Made by a program: the position numbers and the translations under genes. This document shows, in pieces, positions 26,899-40,230 of a DNA stretch of 64,000 nt. Where the stretch lies: assembly GCA_964016885.1 (NCBI GenBank), contig OZ024741.1, positions 85,436,001 to 85,500,000 of the forward strand, read 5' to 3'. Under the pieces are notes generated by a model. It saw nothing but the letters and a program-made list of their open reading frames with translations, made no database searches and was not told where the DNA came from. Source of the stretch: Eledone cirrhosa. Lineage: Eukaryota. Positions within the stretch are counted from its first letter, which is position 1; each line of letters starts with the position of its first letter.

Positions 26899-27191
26899 TC
26901 CTCAGGGAAGTGACGTAATGCAGACAGCCAGACATACAGACAGATATTATAAGGGCGCGAAGTTATATGTATGTATCTATCTAAAAAGAGAAAGACTAAG
27001 AATTATAGAGAGATATCGCTCAATGCGGTCTCTAGGGCATTGAAAATTTGAAATTTGTTTTTCTCAGAACATTCCCTGAAACATAAGTATTACATGTGTA
27101 AAGTTTGAAAATTGTCGGTTGGGTGTTTCACGAGTTTTAGCGATTCAAACTCACACACACAGACAGACATCCTCAGTTTTATATATATAGA
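26209..27191 (-). mobile_element. Non-autonomous Helitron, long form
   Basis: Same termini as 462-1184 (TC start, hairpin plus CTAG end, AT target), with an internal (CA)n and an extra 5' module. Confidence 0.8.
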
Positions 27192-27377
27192 TGAATCCCT
27201 CTGATGATGAATGTCTTCTCCCAATGTTAATGTTATCTTGGTTAGTTAAGATAATTGATATCGGTCTTGCGTTTTGAAACAGCAGTAACGGAATTTTGAT
27301 GAGAGTATTAATATTCTTCTCTGAATTTATTTTGCTAACGTCTCCCATTTATGAATATATAATTTTTGAACTATTCA

Positions 27378-27423
<46 letters not shown>

Positions 27424-29017
27424 GAGGAAGAGGGAGAGAGAGAGACATAAGCAAACATAAATATATTGTTACGATTTCGTAAAGGAACCGAATATTATTT
27501 ATATCCTTCGTAAAACAACGGTTTATGTACTAGTAATACTAAAAAATGTATTTCTTCAAAATTTGGAAACACGACAGATTTTTTTACACCTAGTGTATCG
27601 AAATTGCAAAAAAAAAAAAGAATTCTCGCAGCCATATATAAAGAAAGTAAAATCAGAAAGAGACACAATAAAAAAAAATATAAACGAAAGACAAATTGCA
27701 AATCTCACAAATTGAAATTCCTTCATTCTAATGTTCAGCACATTCTGGTTTAGCATCCTCAGTACACCACGGGTAATCAAGAGAAAAACTGAATTCAGTT
27801 CAGGTTCACTAATCAAATTCCACCATATTTCGTTCATTGATTTTCGCAAAGATATTTCCTCAAAATTGCTTCTTTCAAAATAAATACTTAAAAAAAAAAT
27901 CAAAATGATTCTCGTATGTCACAGCAACTTAATCTGTAGCAGTAGGCCAATGATAGTGAAGTTAGTGGTAATGATGGTAGAGTTGGTGTGGGTTATGGTG
28001 TTGGTGTGTTGGTGGTGGTGATAATGGTGGTGCTAGCAGTGGTGATATTGAAAAATACAAAACCAGTGGGCCAATGGTAGTGATTGTGGTGATGTTGAAA
28101 AACAAGCAAAATCAATGGTAGTGGAGATAGTGACGATGATGATGATGATGGTGGTGGTGGTGGTGGTAGAGATGAGAGTAGTGATTTTGTTGAAAAATAA
28201 CAAAATAGTGAGTCAGTGGTAGTGGTGATAGTGATGTTGATAGTAGTGCTGATAGGGAGGATGTTGTTGGTGATGCAGTGAGGAGGAGGAGGATGTTTGG
28301 TTTTCCAAAAGTCAACTACAACGACTGATGATGGGAGGGAGGCTGTTGATGGTGCTGGCGGAGGAGTGGGGATAAGAGAAAAAAGGATAAAAGAAAAGAT
28401 ATTGGTATTTTAATAATATACAGAAATTGTCAACTGCTTTATTTTCTGTGATCTTCGCGAGGCAGACATGGCTAAGTTGTAAAGAAGTTCGCTTTTCAAT
28501 CATCTGGTGCGACATTCGATCATTCGATCTTATTGCCTCAGGTAGACCCAAGCCTTGCGAGGAAAATTGGGGAGACAGAAACTGTGGAAAGAAACTCGTC
28601 AGATTGTACTATGCCTGTAATTTAAAGGTCCAGCCCTTATCACATATTAAGTCACGCTGATTTTGCCTCATAAGTACGTTGGTGATTAATTAACATATAT
28701 ATTAAAAAGTGCGGTAATGTACGATAAAGTATATAAGCCCATCAAATATATGTTCCTTTGTGATTAATTTAAATATATGTTCCTTTGTGGTTATTCTGAT
28801 GAGGGCCCAATTAGATCTGAAATTCGATTAAAGGTGTTTATCATTTGTTTCAATTTACTGGGAAATTCCTATATTCTGGCTTGTTTACATGCCTACATAT
28901 TAAAAATATACGCATGTATTTAGACATTGGTGCATTCCCTGTTACCCACTCTGCAGGTGGGTTTAACTTTATTGTACAGGTTTAACGTTATTGTACAGTT
29001 CGGCTGCCATCACATTT

Positions 29018-29051
<34 letters not shown>

Positions 29052-29174
29052 AGGATATTTTCGAAACAGCGAGTTGGTTTTGAAATGTAAGCTATCGCCG
29101 TGTTTTGACTAAAGAAATTATTTAGCCTGATAGTGGGGTTAAGAACCCTCGGAGAAATGGAAAAAGATGAGTAT

Positions 29175-29246
29175 TGACGTACATGGGAGTCGAACCCACA
29201 TCTTTGGTTATCCGGGCCACTGTGCTACCATTTACACCAACACATC
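29175..29246 (-). pseudogene. tRNA-like sequence (tRNA pseudogene or SINE head)
   Basis: On -, gatgtgt/gtacgtc acceptor-like stem, tggtgtaaatggtagcac D arm and gtgggTTCGActcccat T arm, with T5 nearby downstream. The anticodon stem is mismatched. Confidence 0.5.
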
Positions 29247-29274
29247 ACCCTGTGATGTGATATATATATATATT

Positions 29275-29308
<34 letters not shown>

Positions 29309-29904
29309 CATTTCTCACTCTTAGTACGGCTGTTACTTAAATATAAGTATGTATACGTACATACATATATGTATACAGCCGTACAGTAGTATGTATATAT
29401 ATATATATACACACATGCACACATATATATATGTACGTATGGATTTACCGAACATCTATTATAATGCTCGGTGTGTTTGTAAACAAACATCCCGAATTAA
29501 GCCGCACAGCGCCCAGCAACCAACGTTGCCCTTTTGTTCAACACTGACAAAGGAACGATGTACTAGTTTCAAGCTTATTAGCTATCGTCAGCACCGCATA
29601 CCTTTCTGTCAGATGATTGAACGTCTGAAATTATATACTTTCCTCATGCATATTAACGGCTGAGCAGCCTAATTTGCATATCGAGTGAGTTAATCAGCCG
29701 GGCGTACCGAAAACAATAAACGGAAAAAAATTATATATAAGAAGCCTAGAGCAAATCTCGAGCAACGCCGGGCTATTCTGCTAGGGGTCGATGAAATAAA
29801 GTACCAGTAACGCACTGGGTAATTGCTGGCCTTGTGCCTAAAGTAGAAACAATTATATTTTATTATATTATATTATATTATATTAAATGTGTGTGTGTGT
29901 GTGC

Positions 29905-30223
29905 GCGTGAAAGCGCATGGCTTAGTGGTTGTGAGTTCGATTCTCTGACCGGGCTTTGCGTTCTCTCCTATAGCAAGACATCTTATTTCACGTTGCTCCA
30001 CTTTACTCGTCTGTAGAAATGGGTTTTGACGTCACTGGTGCCAAGCTGTATTGGCCTTTGCCTTTCCCTTGAAGAACATCGGTGGCGTGGAGAGGGGAGG
30101 CTGGTATGCATGGGTGACTGCTGGTCTTCCACAAACAACCTTGTCCGGACTTATACCTCGGAGGGAAGCTTTCTAGGTACAAATCCCATGGTCATTCGTG
30201 ACCGAAGGGGGTCTACACCCTTT

Positions 30224-30225
<2 letters not shown>
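29905..30225 (+). mobile_element. tRNA-derived SINE (family 2); a related head lies at ~31930-32060
   Basis: TGGCTTAGTGGTT A box, GAGTTCGATTC B box and a distinct body. Confidence 0.65.
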
Positions 30226-30280
<55 letters not shown>

Positions 30281-30427
30281 AACGAGTAGGACCCCGACGG
30301 CTGAGCTCAAGCCGTTTCGACGGCTAATTCTGGAATTAGCCGTCGAAACGGCTTCAGCTATTATATTGACCTATTACCCACTCTACTACCCTAAGTATTG
30401 AGTACTTTGGTACGTTATGGTCCATCT

Positions 30428-30459
<32 letters not shown>

Positions 30460-30464
<5 letters not shown>

Positions 30465-30690
30465 AATAAAGGAACAAAGAATTAGTGTTGCATCATAACA
30501 TATTTAATAACATATTACATATGTTTCACTGTCGTTCAGCTCGAGGAACGATCTATTATGGATCGAACTTGACTCTGGAATCGAAATATCCTCAGATATG
30601 CCTCAGTTTGTAAGCTAGCCTCTGATTTTGTGCGACTATCCCCAGTTCATTGTTAACAAGGTAGGCAATTATCTTGCACCTATACACCTA
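30460..30690 (-). mobile_element. pLTR-like repeat with a hammerhead motif at 30511-30600
   Basis: catat CTGAGGA ...long stem II... GAAA catatg TA atatg; homologous to 39305-39523. Confidence 0.6.
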
Positions 30691-30818
30691 TATATATATA
30701 TACAAGGGTGAATATATTCAAATTTCCTCTCCCGTCCAAATTGCTGACCTTGTGCCTAAATTAGAAATCGTTATTATATATTACTTTCTTTATTTCACGT
30801 GTTCGTGACGGCAATCAG

Positions 30819-30908
30819 TCTTGGCACGCAAAGATTTCCAAAAACAGAGAAGAGTATGCAGACGAACAGAAACGTTTGTTTCAGACATATGGTTTCACCA
30901 GTGAGCAG
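30819..30908 (+). CDS. CCDC148: Coding exon E (90 nt, phase 0-0): SWHAKISKNREEYADEQKRLFQTYGFTSEQ
   Basis: aatcAG acceptor, GTAAGT donor at 30909. QKRLFQTYGFTSEQ resembles the recalled QKPLFTLNTYNEQQ. Confidence 0.75.
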
Positions 30909-31576
30909 GTAAGTCATATTTCTATTGAGTCTCCTCCTCCTCCTGCTCCTCTTCAATACACCACCACCACCACCACAACAACAACAACAGCAGCAGCACC
31001 AACAGAAACAACATAAGCACCCGCAACAACAAAACCAATAACAGCAACAACAAGCATAGCAGCCACCCCAGCAACAGATGCAAGCTGCAGCTGCACACGT
31101 TTCTCTAATTGATAAAATGGCATTCCACCAAAATGAAAAGAAAACAATACATTACAATACAATCCAATATACGCTATGCTATATCAATAGAAAGAATTGA
31201 ATGGAGCTCCCTCGGTTACGACGAGGAATGTTACTGTTGTTCGAACAACGGAACAGCTTGTTTGTGAATTTGATGTGTAAGTGACTGAGAATTCCACTGT
31301 CACTGAGTACTTCAGGGAAATTCAGTGGTGCACATTATGCCTTTGAATTACAAAACTGTCACTTTAAATTACAGATACGGTCCACCTGACAAACTTCAAA
31401 ATAGTTTCCGCCTACCCAATTTCACTTACAAAGCATGGATCGAACCGAAGCTAAGTTAAAGGATGCTTGCTCAAGATACTAATTAATGCAAAGCGAACTC
31501 TTTAACTATTCGGTCATGCTGCCCCCACAATACAATGCAATACATTTATATTTTGTTACTATCATTGTTGTGTCAC

Positions 31577-31915
31577 CGGTGGATTGGCAGTATCGGTAGA
31601 GCGTCGAACAACATGCTTTGCAGCATAGTTACGGCCCTTTACGGTCTGAGTTCAAATCCCGCCGAGGTTAACTTTGCCTTTCATCTTTACGGAGTCGATA
31701 AAATAAAGTACCAGTAATGCACTGGGATAATTGCTGGCCTGGTGGCAAAAGTAGAAACAATTATTATTGTGTCACACCACTGAACACTGGGTTATTATAT
31801 CTGGTGGGAATCCTGTTAATAATTGTTTCTACTTTTGGCACAAGGCCAGCAATTACCACAGTGCATTACTGGTGCTTTATTTGAGCTCAGACCGTAAAAG
31901 GCCGTAACTCTATGC
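31577..31915. mobile_element. Family 1 SINEs in inverted orientation (31577-31763 on +; partial 31820-31915 on -)
   Basis: Shared family sequence. Confidence 0.75.
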
Positions 31916-32099
31916 TAATGTCTGTTCGGAAAAGCGTGTGGCTTAGTGGTTCGAGTGTTCGCTTCACAATTGTAAGGTCGTGAGTTCTATTCGCGACTGT
32001 GCATTTTTATCTTGAACAAGACTTTATTTCTCGTTATTCCAGTCCACTCAGGTTGGATCTCAATACATGTTTAGGTGCAGAGTAGATATAGAAATAGAG

Positions 32100-32137
<38 letters not shown>

Positions 32138-32139
<2 letters not shown>

Positions 32140-33740
32140 TCATCATCATCATCATCATTTTACGTCCGCTTTTCCCTGTTTGCAAGGGTTGGAGGGGTCC
32201 TATTCAGCACAGCATCTCTCCACTTGTCACAGTCCTTCGTCATCTCCTCGGTGAGTTTCAGCGATTGGAGGTCTGCTCTCACCACCTCCGCCCATGTTTT
32301 TCGTGGTCTACCTCTACGGCGTCTTCCCTCCACTGGGACTTCCTGGCACTTCTTTACCCAGCGGTCATCCTCCATGCGCATCACATGTCCATACCATCTC
32401 CGCCTTCTCTTCTGCACACAACTTATCCCTCTTATACCCAGTTTCTTTCTCAACTCGTCTATGCTTGGTCGTTCACGCACATTGCACATCCAACGGAGCA
32501 TACTTGCTACATTTCTCTCCAGCCGTCGCATATATTCTGCAGTTGCTGCCCATGTCTTACTACCATACAGCATCGCGCATCTCACACAGGCATCATATAA
32601 CCGTCCTTTTGTACGCAGGAAGAAACCCTTCTTTGTCAACAGAGGAAGCAACTCCCTAAACTTCTTCCAACCCGTCCTTATTCTAGCTACTATGGCCTCG
32701 GAACACCCCCTCCCATGCTAATCTGATCACCTAGGTACCGGAAGCTATCAACCACTTCTATAGAACCTAACTGCATTGGAAAAATGAGTCTATCACACCA
32801 TTACTACTGCCAACTTTCCCTGTACATCTACTGCATACGTAATTTTCCCTACCTGTTAGTATCCCACTACATCTCTTGTGTACCCAAGATCTGCATTGCG
32901 TACATTTTATGGAATTTATGCCAGTTCCTACATATCGAACATGGCAATTTCCCTGATGGAATCAGAGTATTGTCCTCTCTTCTACTTATCAACACTTTTG
33001 TTTTAGCTATGTTCACTCGCAGGCCTCTTGATTCCAACTGCTGTTTCCATAGCCAGAATGTATTCTCTAGCTCCTCTACTGATTCTGCTATAAGAACCAG
33101 ATCATCAGCATAGAGAAGTTCCCGTGGGCATCCAGTCTTAAACTCCTCTGTTATGGCGTGGAGGACTATAACGAGCAAGAGTGGGCTGAGGATAGAACCT
33201 TGATGTACACCTACTTGTATCTGGAATTCCTCACTAAACTCCATTCCTATTCTCACTTTACTGACAGCACCCCTGTACATAGCTTGCACTGTTCTCATAA
33301 GCCATTCCTCTACACCTAGTTTCCTTAGGGACCACCAGATGACAGATCGGGGTACCCTATCAAAGGCCTTCTCTAGGTCAACAAAAGCTAAGTATAGTGG
33401 CTTATTCTTCTCTAAGAACCTCTCTTGTAGTTGCCTCACTATGAAGAGGGCACCTGTTGTACTTTTCCGAGGCACAAAACCAAACCGCATCTCATCAGTT
33501 GCGCTAATATTCTCACTGCCACTTTCATAACCTGATCCATCAGCTTTATGCCCCTATAATTGCTCCTCTCTAGAGCATCCCCTTTACCTTTGTAACAATT
33601 TATGAGAATACTGCTGCACCAGTCTTTGGGTATGACACCACCATATATAGCTTGATTAATGATGCGTGCAACTAGTTTAGTGCCTACTTCTCCTGAAGCC
33701 TTCAGCATCTCAGCAACTATCCCCGCCGGCCCAAAAGCCA
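32138..33740 (-). mobile_element. RTE-clade LINE, 5'-truncated, RT and 3' end, frameshifted
   Basis: NYRGIKLM, FVDLEKAFDRV, GVHQGSILSP, LLYADD and RGRPRKTW; (ATG)n tail on -. Confidence 0.9.
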
Positions 33741-33800
33741 GATGAGTATCGAGTACTCTGCTGAGTAAGAGTCTAACTGGTTTTTACCGCCTCCATTCTG

Positions 33801-33838
<38 letters not shown>

Positions 33839-35134
33839 ATTGGAATTTCGTATTTCAGAAGAAATACAGTATGTTTAAAATAAACATTTAGAGAGCCGTA
33901 GCTGTGCCAAAACACCAGCGACTAACGTCGTCTGGCGGTGTCCAGAAAAAGCAAAGAGAGACAATCGTGGATGCGCATTTCGAACTGAAATGATTCTCAT
34001 TAGCACGATCCCTCCCACTCTTGCAACTGCTGGAATAATAATTTTTTAAAATGTTTAAATTATACCATACAGTTTCAATACAACTGAACGCAGAAAATAG
34101 TTCTTTTATATTCGATCTTGTGAAAAGTTTCTTTCCAAATCCCACGTGTTGAGAATATCAGTCAGATTCAAATATATCACGCCAAGCATTCAATGTATCA
34201 TTGATCGATCTCTTCCTTATCTACCATTAGTAATATCACGGTGACATTATCGATATTTTAAGAATGACAAGGTTCAACATTTTTAGACAGTTTTATTAAA
34301 GGAGAGAGGCGGCTAATTGGTAGAACTGTTAGAACGTCGTATAGAATGATTTGCGGCATGCGGTCTGAGGTCTGACTTCAAATCCCACCGAAGTCAACTT
34401 TGCCTTTCATGCTTTCGTCGATAAAAAAAGTACCAGTCCAGTTCTGGGATCGAATTTTCCTCAATATCTCTTTCCTATTTACTCTCTCTCTCTCTGGAAG
34501 AAATTGGTTGCATTCCGACCCAGAGAGGGTTGTACTTTGCCAGGTTTCAAAACCCCCTACGATTCCACCAGGAGTTAAGGGCCCATGGTAACGTGTCAAC
34601 CCTGGTTGGACAATCATTTTGTCAAGAGCGTTCAAGCTATATATAGAAGGGGCGCCGGGGAATGAATAGGAGCACCAGATGGTAAGTGTGTGACAGGAGG
34701 GGGTAGTGGAAGAAAAGGGCAAAAAATACACATCATCAGTTCTTCATAATACTGTTACTTATAGTTATTCAATAAATGCCAAAATACAATTTATAAAAAA
34801 ATATTATTAAAATTTTATTTTCAATATATAATATTTTTCTTTGTTGATCGAACAACTGAATGCTCACCGTCGTAGCCAATGAAGGATTCATTATCTTAAG
34901 GCTTGTAACAGGGATCCACTTTTTCTGATGAAGCCATAGTGTCATACGACGTATTTTAGGCACTTTAAACCTCTCCACGTCTGAGCACAGCCGATTTCTT
35001 CCACAGAAAAAGAAAGAGACACAGAGAAAGGAAGAATGAGATATAGAGAAAGAATTGGAACCAGCAGCCAACCCCCGTCCCGCAAATTACAACCTATTAC
35101 CTTAAAATGGGATTATATATATATACACACACAC

Positions 35135-35184
<50 letters not shown>

Positions 35185-35492
35185 ACCGTGACAAGTGGAG
35201 AGATGCTAAATAGGAGCTGTTCAACCCTTGCAAGCAGAAAAAAGCGGACATAAAATGATGATGATGATATGGATATTCATACTTATATATTATATATCTA
35301 TCTGTGTGTGTAGAGAGAGAGAGGAACTCAGGAAAGTCAATGGCCATCCAATAATGCGTATATATGTTCATTTGTATATATATATATAAATGTATATATA
35401 GTGTATTTTGCAATATACTGTATGCTTAATTAAAAGCATTTTGAAGACCTTACGCTATTGTTTTAAAGTAGTGACTATGTCATTTACTTCTT

Positions 35493-35584
35493 TTTTCAGC
35501 AAACAAAGGGAGATAAGCTGGCAGATCTCTGTTTCGTACTGTTGGTACTCCTCAGAGCTTACCACTCCCTTTGCCTGCTGAAAA
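35493..35584 (-). ncRNA. Extended type I hammerhead of the same family, in a repeat copy at ~35385-35600; cleavage triplet mutated to GCC
   Basis: taagct CTGAGGA gtac caaca gtac GAAA cagagatctg CC agctta; outer stem ttttcagcaggcaaagggag/ctccctttgtttgctgaaaa. Confidence 0.7.
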
Positions 35585-35698
35585 TTATGAATCCAGCATT
35601 CATAATTTTATATATACAGCATTCTAATAAATATTGCCTGTATGTATACAATTTGCGAGGACACACTTTATATATATATATATATTTATACATATGTA

Positions 35699-35907
35699 CT
35701 CACGGGTCCCAAATAATAGGTCGGTAGAATAAGCGGGTGGTTGGGAAATCGGTAATTTTTCTAGTTTGCCATGTATAATGTTTGTTAATGTATGAAGAAA
35801 ATTAATTGTCTCTGAAATTTTACTACATAAAATAAAATTTCGCCGGATATAGATTAGCAAAATTTAATAAGCGGGGGCGGTGGGGGGCATAGTTCGAGAC
35901 CCAAGAG
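35699..35907. mobile_element. Tc1/mariner-type MITE candidate
   Basis: Imperfect TIRs ctcacgggtcccaaata / tagttcgagacccaagag, TA on both sides, repeated internal aataagcggg. Confidence 0.5.
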
Positions 35908-36276
35908 TATACATATGTATATGCACAGGGACATGGAAATACTCGGTTTGATGCCCGAGCGTATGGTTAGCCCACTGGGAGTTCAAGACTCCTGGTCCTA
36001 GTTGGGACATCATTCTAGGAGAAGGAAAACTGATGTAAAACCTGCGACTGGAAGGCAGCCAAGTATATTGACTTATTCTTCATTTTGGCTACCTGTCACC
36101 GTTTATCAGAGATTGGTCCAATGCAAAGTCTTTCTTTTTCACTTAAAAAGCTTCAAGCATCATTCACATGTGTTGACTAAAAATGCATTTTTTTTTTCGC
36201 TGCAACACATGCAGAAAGGAATGTAAGTGTTCGGCAGGGTTAAAAAGTAATACCCACGAAATTGAGATGCAGCTAT

Positions 36277-36337
<61 letters not shown>

Positions 36338-36344
36338 ACACGCA

Positions 36345-36378
<34 letters not shown>

Positions 36379-36443
36379 AAGGATATATTGCCACGATCAT
36401 TCTGAGGAAAGATGCGGGAAAGGCAGAAGTACCGATGTCTAAC

Positions 36444-36487
<44 letters not shown>

Positions 36488-36617
36488 GCTACTGTACGTC
36501 TGTATACATATATGTATGTACGTATACATACATACTTACATTTAAGTAAGTGCCGTACTAAGAGTGAGAAATGAAATTTCGTTTCATTCTATTCTCTCTC
36601 TATATATATAAATATAT

Positions 36618-36942
36618 ATATACGATATTAATAAATGGAAACTATATTTATAAAACCATATTTATTTCATTATACATATTTCAGGGATACCAAATTAAGA
36701 TATGGTATGCCTTCATCAGACAAAATACAATATATAAACAGTTTTATAAATAATTTTGACGTACCCAATTAGATGCAACCATTATTTTTGGAAGGGTACG
36801 TCAAAATTATTTATAAAACTGTTTATATATTGTATTTTGTCTGATGAAGGCATACCATATTTTAATTTGGTATCCCTGAAATATGTATAATGAAATAAAT
36901 ATGGTTTTATAAATATAGTTTCCATTTATTAATATCGTATAT
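36618..36942. repeat. ~149 bp inverted repeat with a 27 nt spacer; each arm carries a minimal hammerhead motif
   Basis: Arms 36618-36766 and 36794-36942, one mismatch seen. tttgt CTGATGA agg-catacca..tggtat-ccct GAAA tatgta TA atgaa at 36836-36894(+) and 36666-36725(-). Confidence 0.8.
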
Positions 36943-37024
36943 CTACTCCAAAAACTTGTCGAGTGCTTTATATCAGTTATAAAATATTTACTTGTTGTAT
37001 CCCAACAATTTTAAATAGAACTTT

Positions 37025-37096
<72 letters not shown>

Positions 37097-37639
37097 TATA
37101 TTCCTTTTCGTCTATCTTCCTATTTCTTCTCTCTCCTGTATGTCTATCATCCAACGAAAGACTAATGTTGGAAAAATTATGTCCCTTCTACGCTTATATT
37201 ATGTATTGTATAGCGTGATCATAGCGTGATCATTGACTGAAAACAAGTTGGTTATGGCTGGAACACTTTTGACCATATATCTATTCGGTCAAATCAAAAT
37301 TCATTTCTTTCAGGCTGAAATTCATTTATTGTTTTTAAATTGAATTTTGTTGTTTGTTATTTTCCTCCATGCCAGCAAGCCCCCACTTCACCCACCCACT
37401 ACAACAACCACCTGAAAAATAAAACCCCACACTAAGAGAAAAAAATAGCTGGCGAACGACTTAATATGGTGAACACGATAAAATGGATTAATCGAAATTT
37501 TGTTCATAGCAAACATTTTCTCTTTTAGATAACAGAATACAGTTGAATTACAAATAAACATACATTTCAGCACGCCAAACACATGCTATTTCCTTAATCC
37601 TTGTTTCTACATTTGGCACAAGACCAGCAATTTGTAAAG

Positions 37640-38165
37640 TGGTTGTGATTGAGTCATGTTAACATGCACTCACTACATTCTGTAAAGTGATAGTGCTAGT
37701 GCTATGATAAATTGCACCCTGGACACTCTGTAAAGGGATAGAACTGGTGCTACAATTAATTGCACCCGGTACCCTCTTTAACTTGGTAGTGGTGGTGCTA
37801 CAATAAAAGCACCCAGTACACACTATAAAGTGATAGAACTGGTACCACGATAAAATGTATTCAATACATTCTGTATAAATGTACCACTGCTGCTACGAGT
37901 GCAATTTATAAAGTGTTAGTGTTTGTGCCCCTATAAAAGACACCCAGTACACTCTGTGCACTCGTAGCGCTGATGCCACGATAGTATGCCACAAGTACAG
38001 TTTGTAAAGTGGTTGGCGTTAAAAAGGGAAACCAACTATGGAAAGCACAACAAAATATGAAACATAAGGACATGACGTTATTCTCCATCTTTGATTCGTC
38101 CAATCTCTGGTCATGACAACCCCTCAAACCAATCCACACCAGCATTCAATATATAAATGACGACA
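37640..38165 (+). repeat. Degenerate ~47 bp tandem units in an old interspersed repeat
   Basis: Recurring gcacccagtacactctgtaaagtg...gtgctacgataaa. Confidence 0.6.
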
Positions 38166-38286
38166 GCTGAACAAATAATGCCTGTGTTTATCTTATGGCT
38201 TTTTACCTACCGCTTTTTTCTAAATAAGTCTCCGTTCTTCGTTTGATTTTGATAGATGACATATGCTGCTAAATATTGTAACATAT

Positions 38287-38384
<98 letters not shown>

Positions 38385-38385
<1 letters not shown>

Positions 38386-38955
38386 TAGCAGTGGTACCCG
38401 GCATTGCACGGGATAAGGTATTTTGGAACGCGGGCCTCCAACAGACCTAATCGTGGAAAAACTGCATGCGTGGACAATATGTAAAGAAAATAAACCGAAT
38501 ACTCTGATGGCTGGATAATCTTTAAGATTTTCCTCGATGAAGCAGGAAAAATGCAGGTTTTCACCTACGGGATCAAGAAAATGAATTATGCCTTGGAATT
38601 TCGGGAAAATCGGCTAGACGTAACGCCTCAAAAAAGCCCTAAAAAGCTGAAAAAATGAAGTTTTTCACCTAATGCGGGCCCTAGGCCATAAAAAAGTTGG
38701 ATTTTCTTTGCTCACGGTATGAAGAAGAGACTGACTAATTCATAGTTACAATTTCAAGGAAATTGGTCTGACGTAACGCCTCAAAAAAAACCTAAAAACC
38801 TGAAAAAACGCAGTTTTTCAACTAATGCGTCCCTAGGGGATCAAAAAGTTGAATTTTATGTGCATAACACTCCCTGAAACATAAGTAATACACATGTAAA
38901 GTTTGAAAAAAGTCGGTTGGGTACTTCTCGAGTTTTAGGGATTCAAACTCACACA

Positions 38956-38987
<32 letters not shown>

Positions 38988-39304
38988 GAGACATCCTCAG
39001 GGAAGTGACGTAATGCAGACAGCCAGACATACAGACAGATATTATAAGGCGCGACGTTATATGTATGTATCTATCTAAAAAGAAAAAAGAGAAAGACTAA
39101 AAATTATAGAGAGAGATCGCTAAATCGCCTAATGCGGTCCCTAAGGCATTGAAAATTTGAAATTTATTTTGCTTAGAACACTCCCTGAAACATAAGTATT
39201 ACATGTGTAAAGTTTGAAAACAGTTGGTTGGGTGGTTCTCGAGTTTTAGGCATTCAAACTCACACGCACACACAGACAGACATCTTCAGGTTTATATATA
39301 TAGA
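38385..39304 (-). mobile_element. Non-autonomous Helitron, long form
   Basis: Colinear and highly similar to 26209-27191; CTAG at 38385, TC start at 39304; adjoins (TA)n. Confidence 0.8.
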
Positions 39305-39523
39305 TAATTAGGGAACAAAGAATCAGTATTGCATCATATACATATTTAATTCCATACGTTTCACAGCCGAGCAGCTCGAGGTACGATCGACTATGTTCGT
39401 TCCTTGAGCTGATCGGAAGCTCCTCGGATATCTAGCTGATCGGCAGTGAAACATATGTAATATGTAATTCAGTATGTATATGATGCAATACTGATTTTTT
39501 TTTTGTTTTTGTTCCCTAATTAT
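39305..39523. mobile_element. pLTR-like repeat plus inverted partial copy, same family as 30460-30690
   Basis: Terminal inverted arms ataattagggaaca/tgttccctaattat. Long stem II ccgatcagctcaagg/cctcgagctgctcgg. GAAAcatatgTAatatg on +. Confidence 0.6.
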
Positions 39524-39644
39524 TATTATTGATACTCTGCTCCCCAAAAGCATCGAGTGCTCATCTTAGCATACCGCCCGTGAACGCAATCTAATTGAAC
39601 CTTTACTACTATATATATATGTGTGTGTGTGTATGTGTGTATTG

Positions 39645-40184
39645 TGTCAGGTCGCTCTCGAGTGCTACTGGTAACATGTAACCCAGTATAACCTGTCTGA
39701 TGGTCGGGTCGTCGGCGACTAAACTGGCAACTCAACTAAGCTAGCTTGGTGAGGTGGGTGATATTTGGATACCCTGCGGGATGAAATATAAGATCCGGCA
39801 AAGGGCGAAGGAACTCAGCAGATTAAACGGCCATCCAAATAGTACTTTTTTTTAACCTGGGAGTGAAAGCCCCCCCCCCCCCCCCAGTTGTTGTCACAAC
39901 ACCTTTCTAAGAGAGGGAAACTGAAAAAAACCTGCGGCTTCGGAAGCATCCGATGATGTTCACTGGTTCTCCTTTTAGGGTAGTGTTTGCGATGCTCAGA
40001 GAGTGGGAATGGTCGAGTGCAAGGCCTTTCCCTACTTAAAAAACCTTCAAAGCACAGGCATTGCTTGTTCAGGATCTGTTACGGGTTCGTGTGGTTGGCT
40101 GTAGCCTAAAGGTGTACCCTTTTCTGTAATCTGACAAGCGATTGCAATACTCTTAGCAGAGTTTGCAGCCATGATATATATATA

Positions 40185-40230
<46 letters not shown>

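Noticed and set aside
27467-27921. Solo LTR (TG...CA), also considered from 19123
   Set aside because: No matching target-site duplication, PBS or PPT.
33888-34145. 85 aa ORF on -, and a short + frame considered as the last CCDC148 exon
   Set aside because: No similarity to the expected C-terminus and weak splice signals.
34868-34998. Apparent minus-strand exon (VERFKVPKIRR...LATT, GTGAG donor)
   Set aside because: Its acceptor region matches an old interspersed repeat seen at four other positions.
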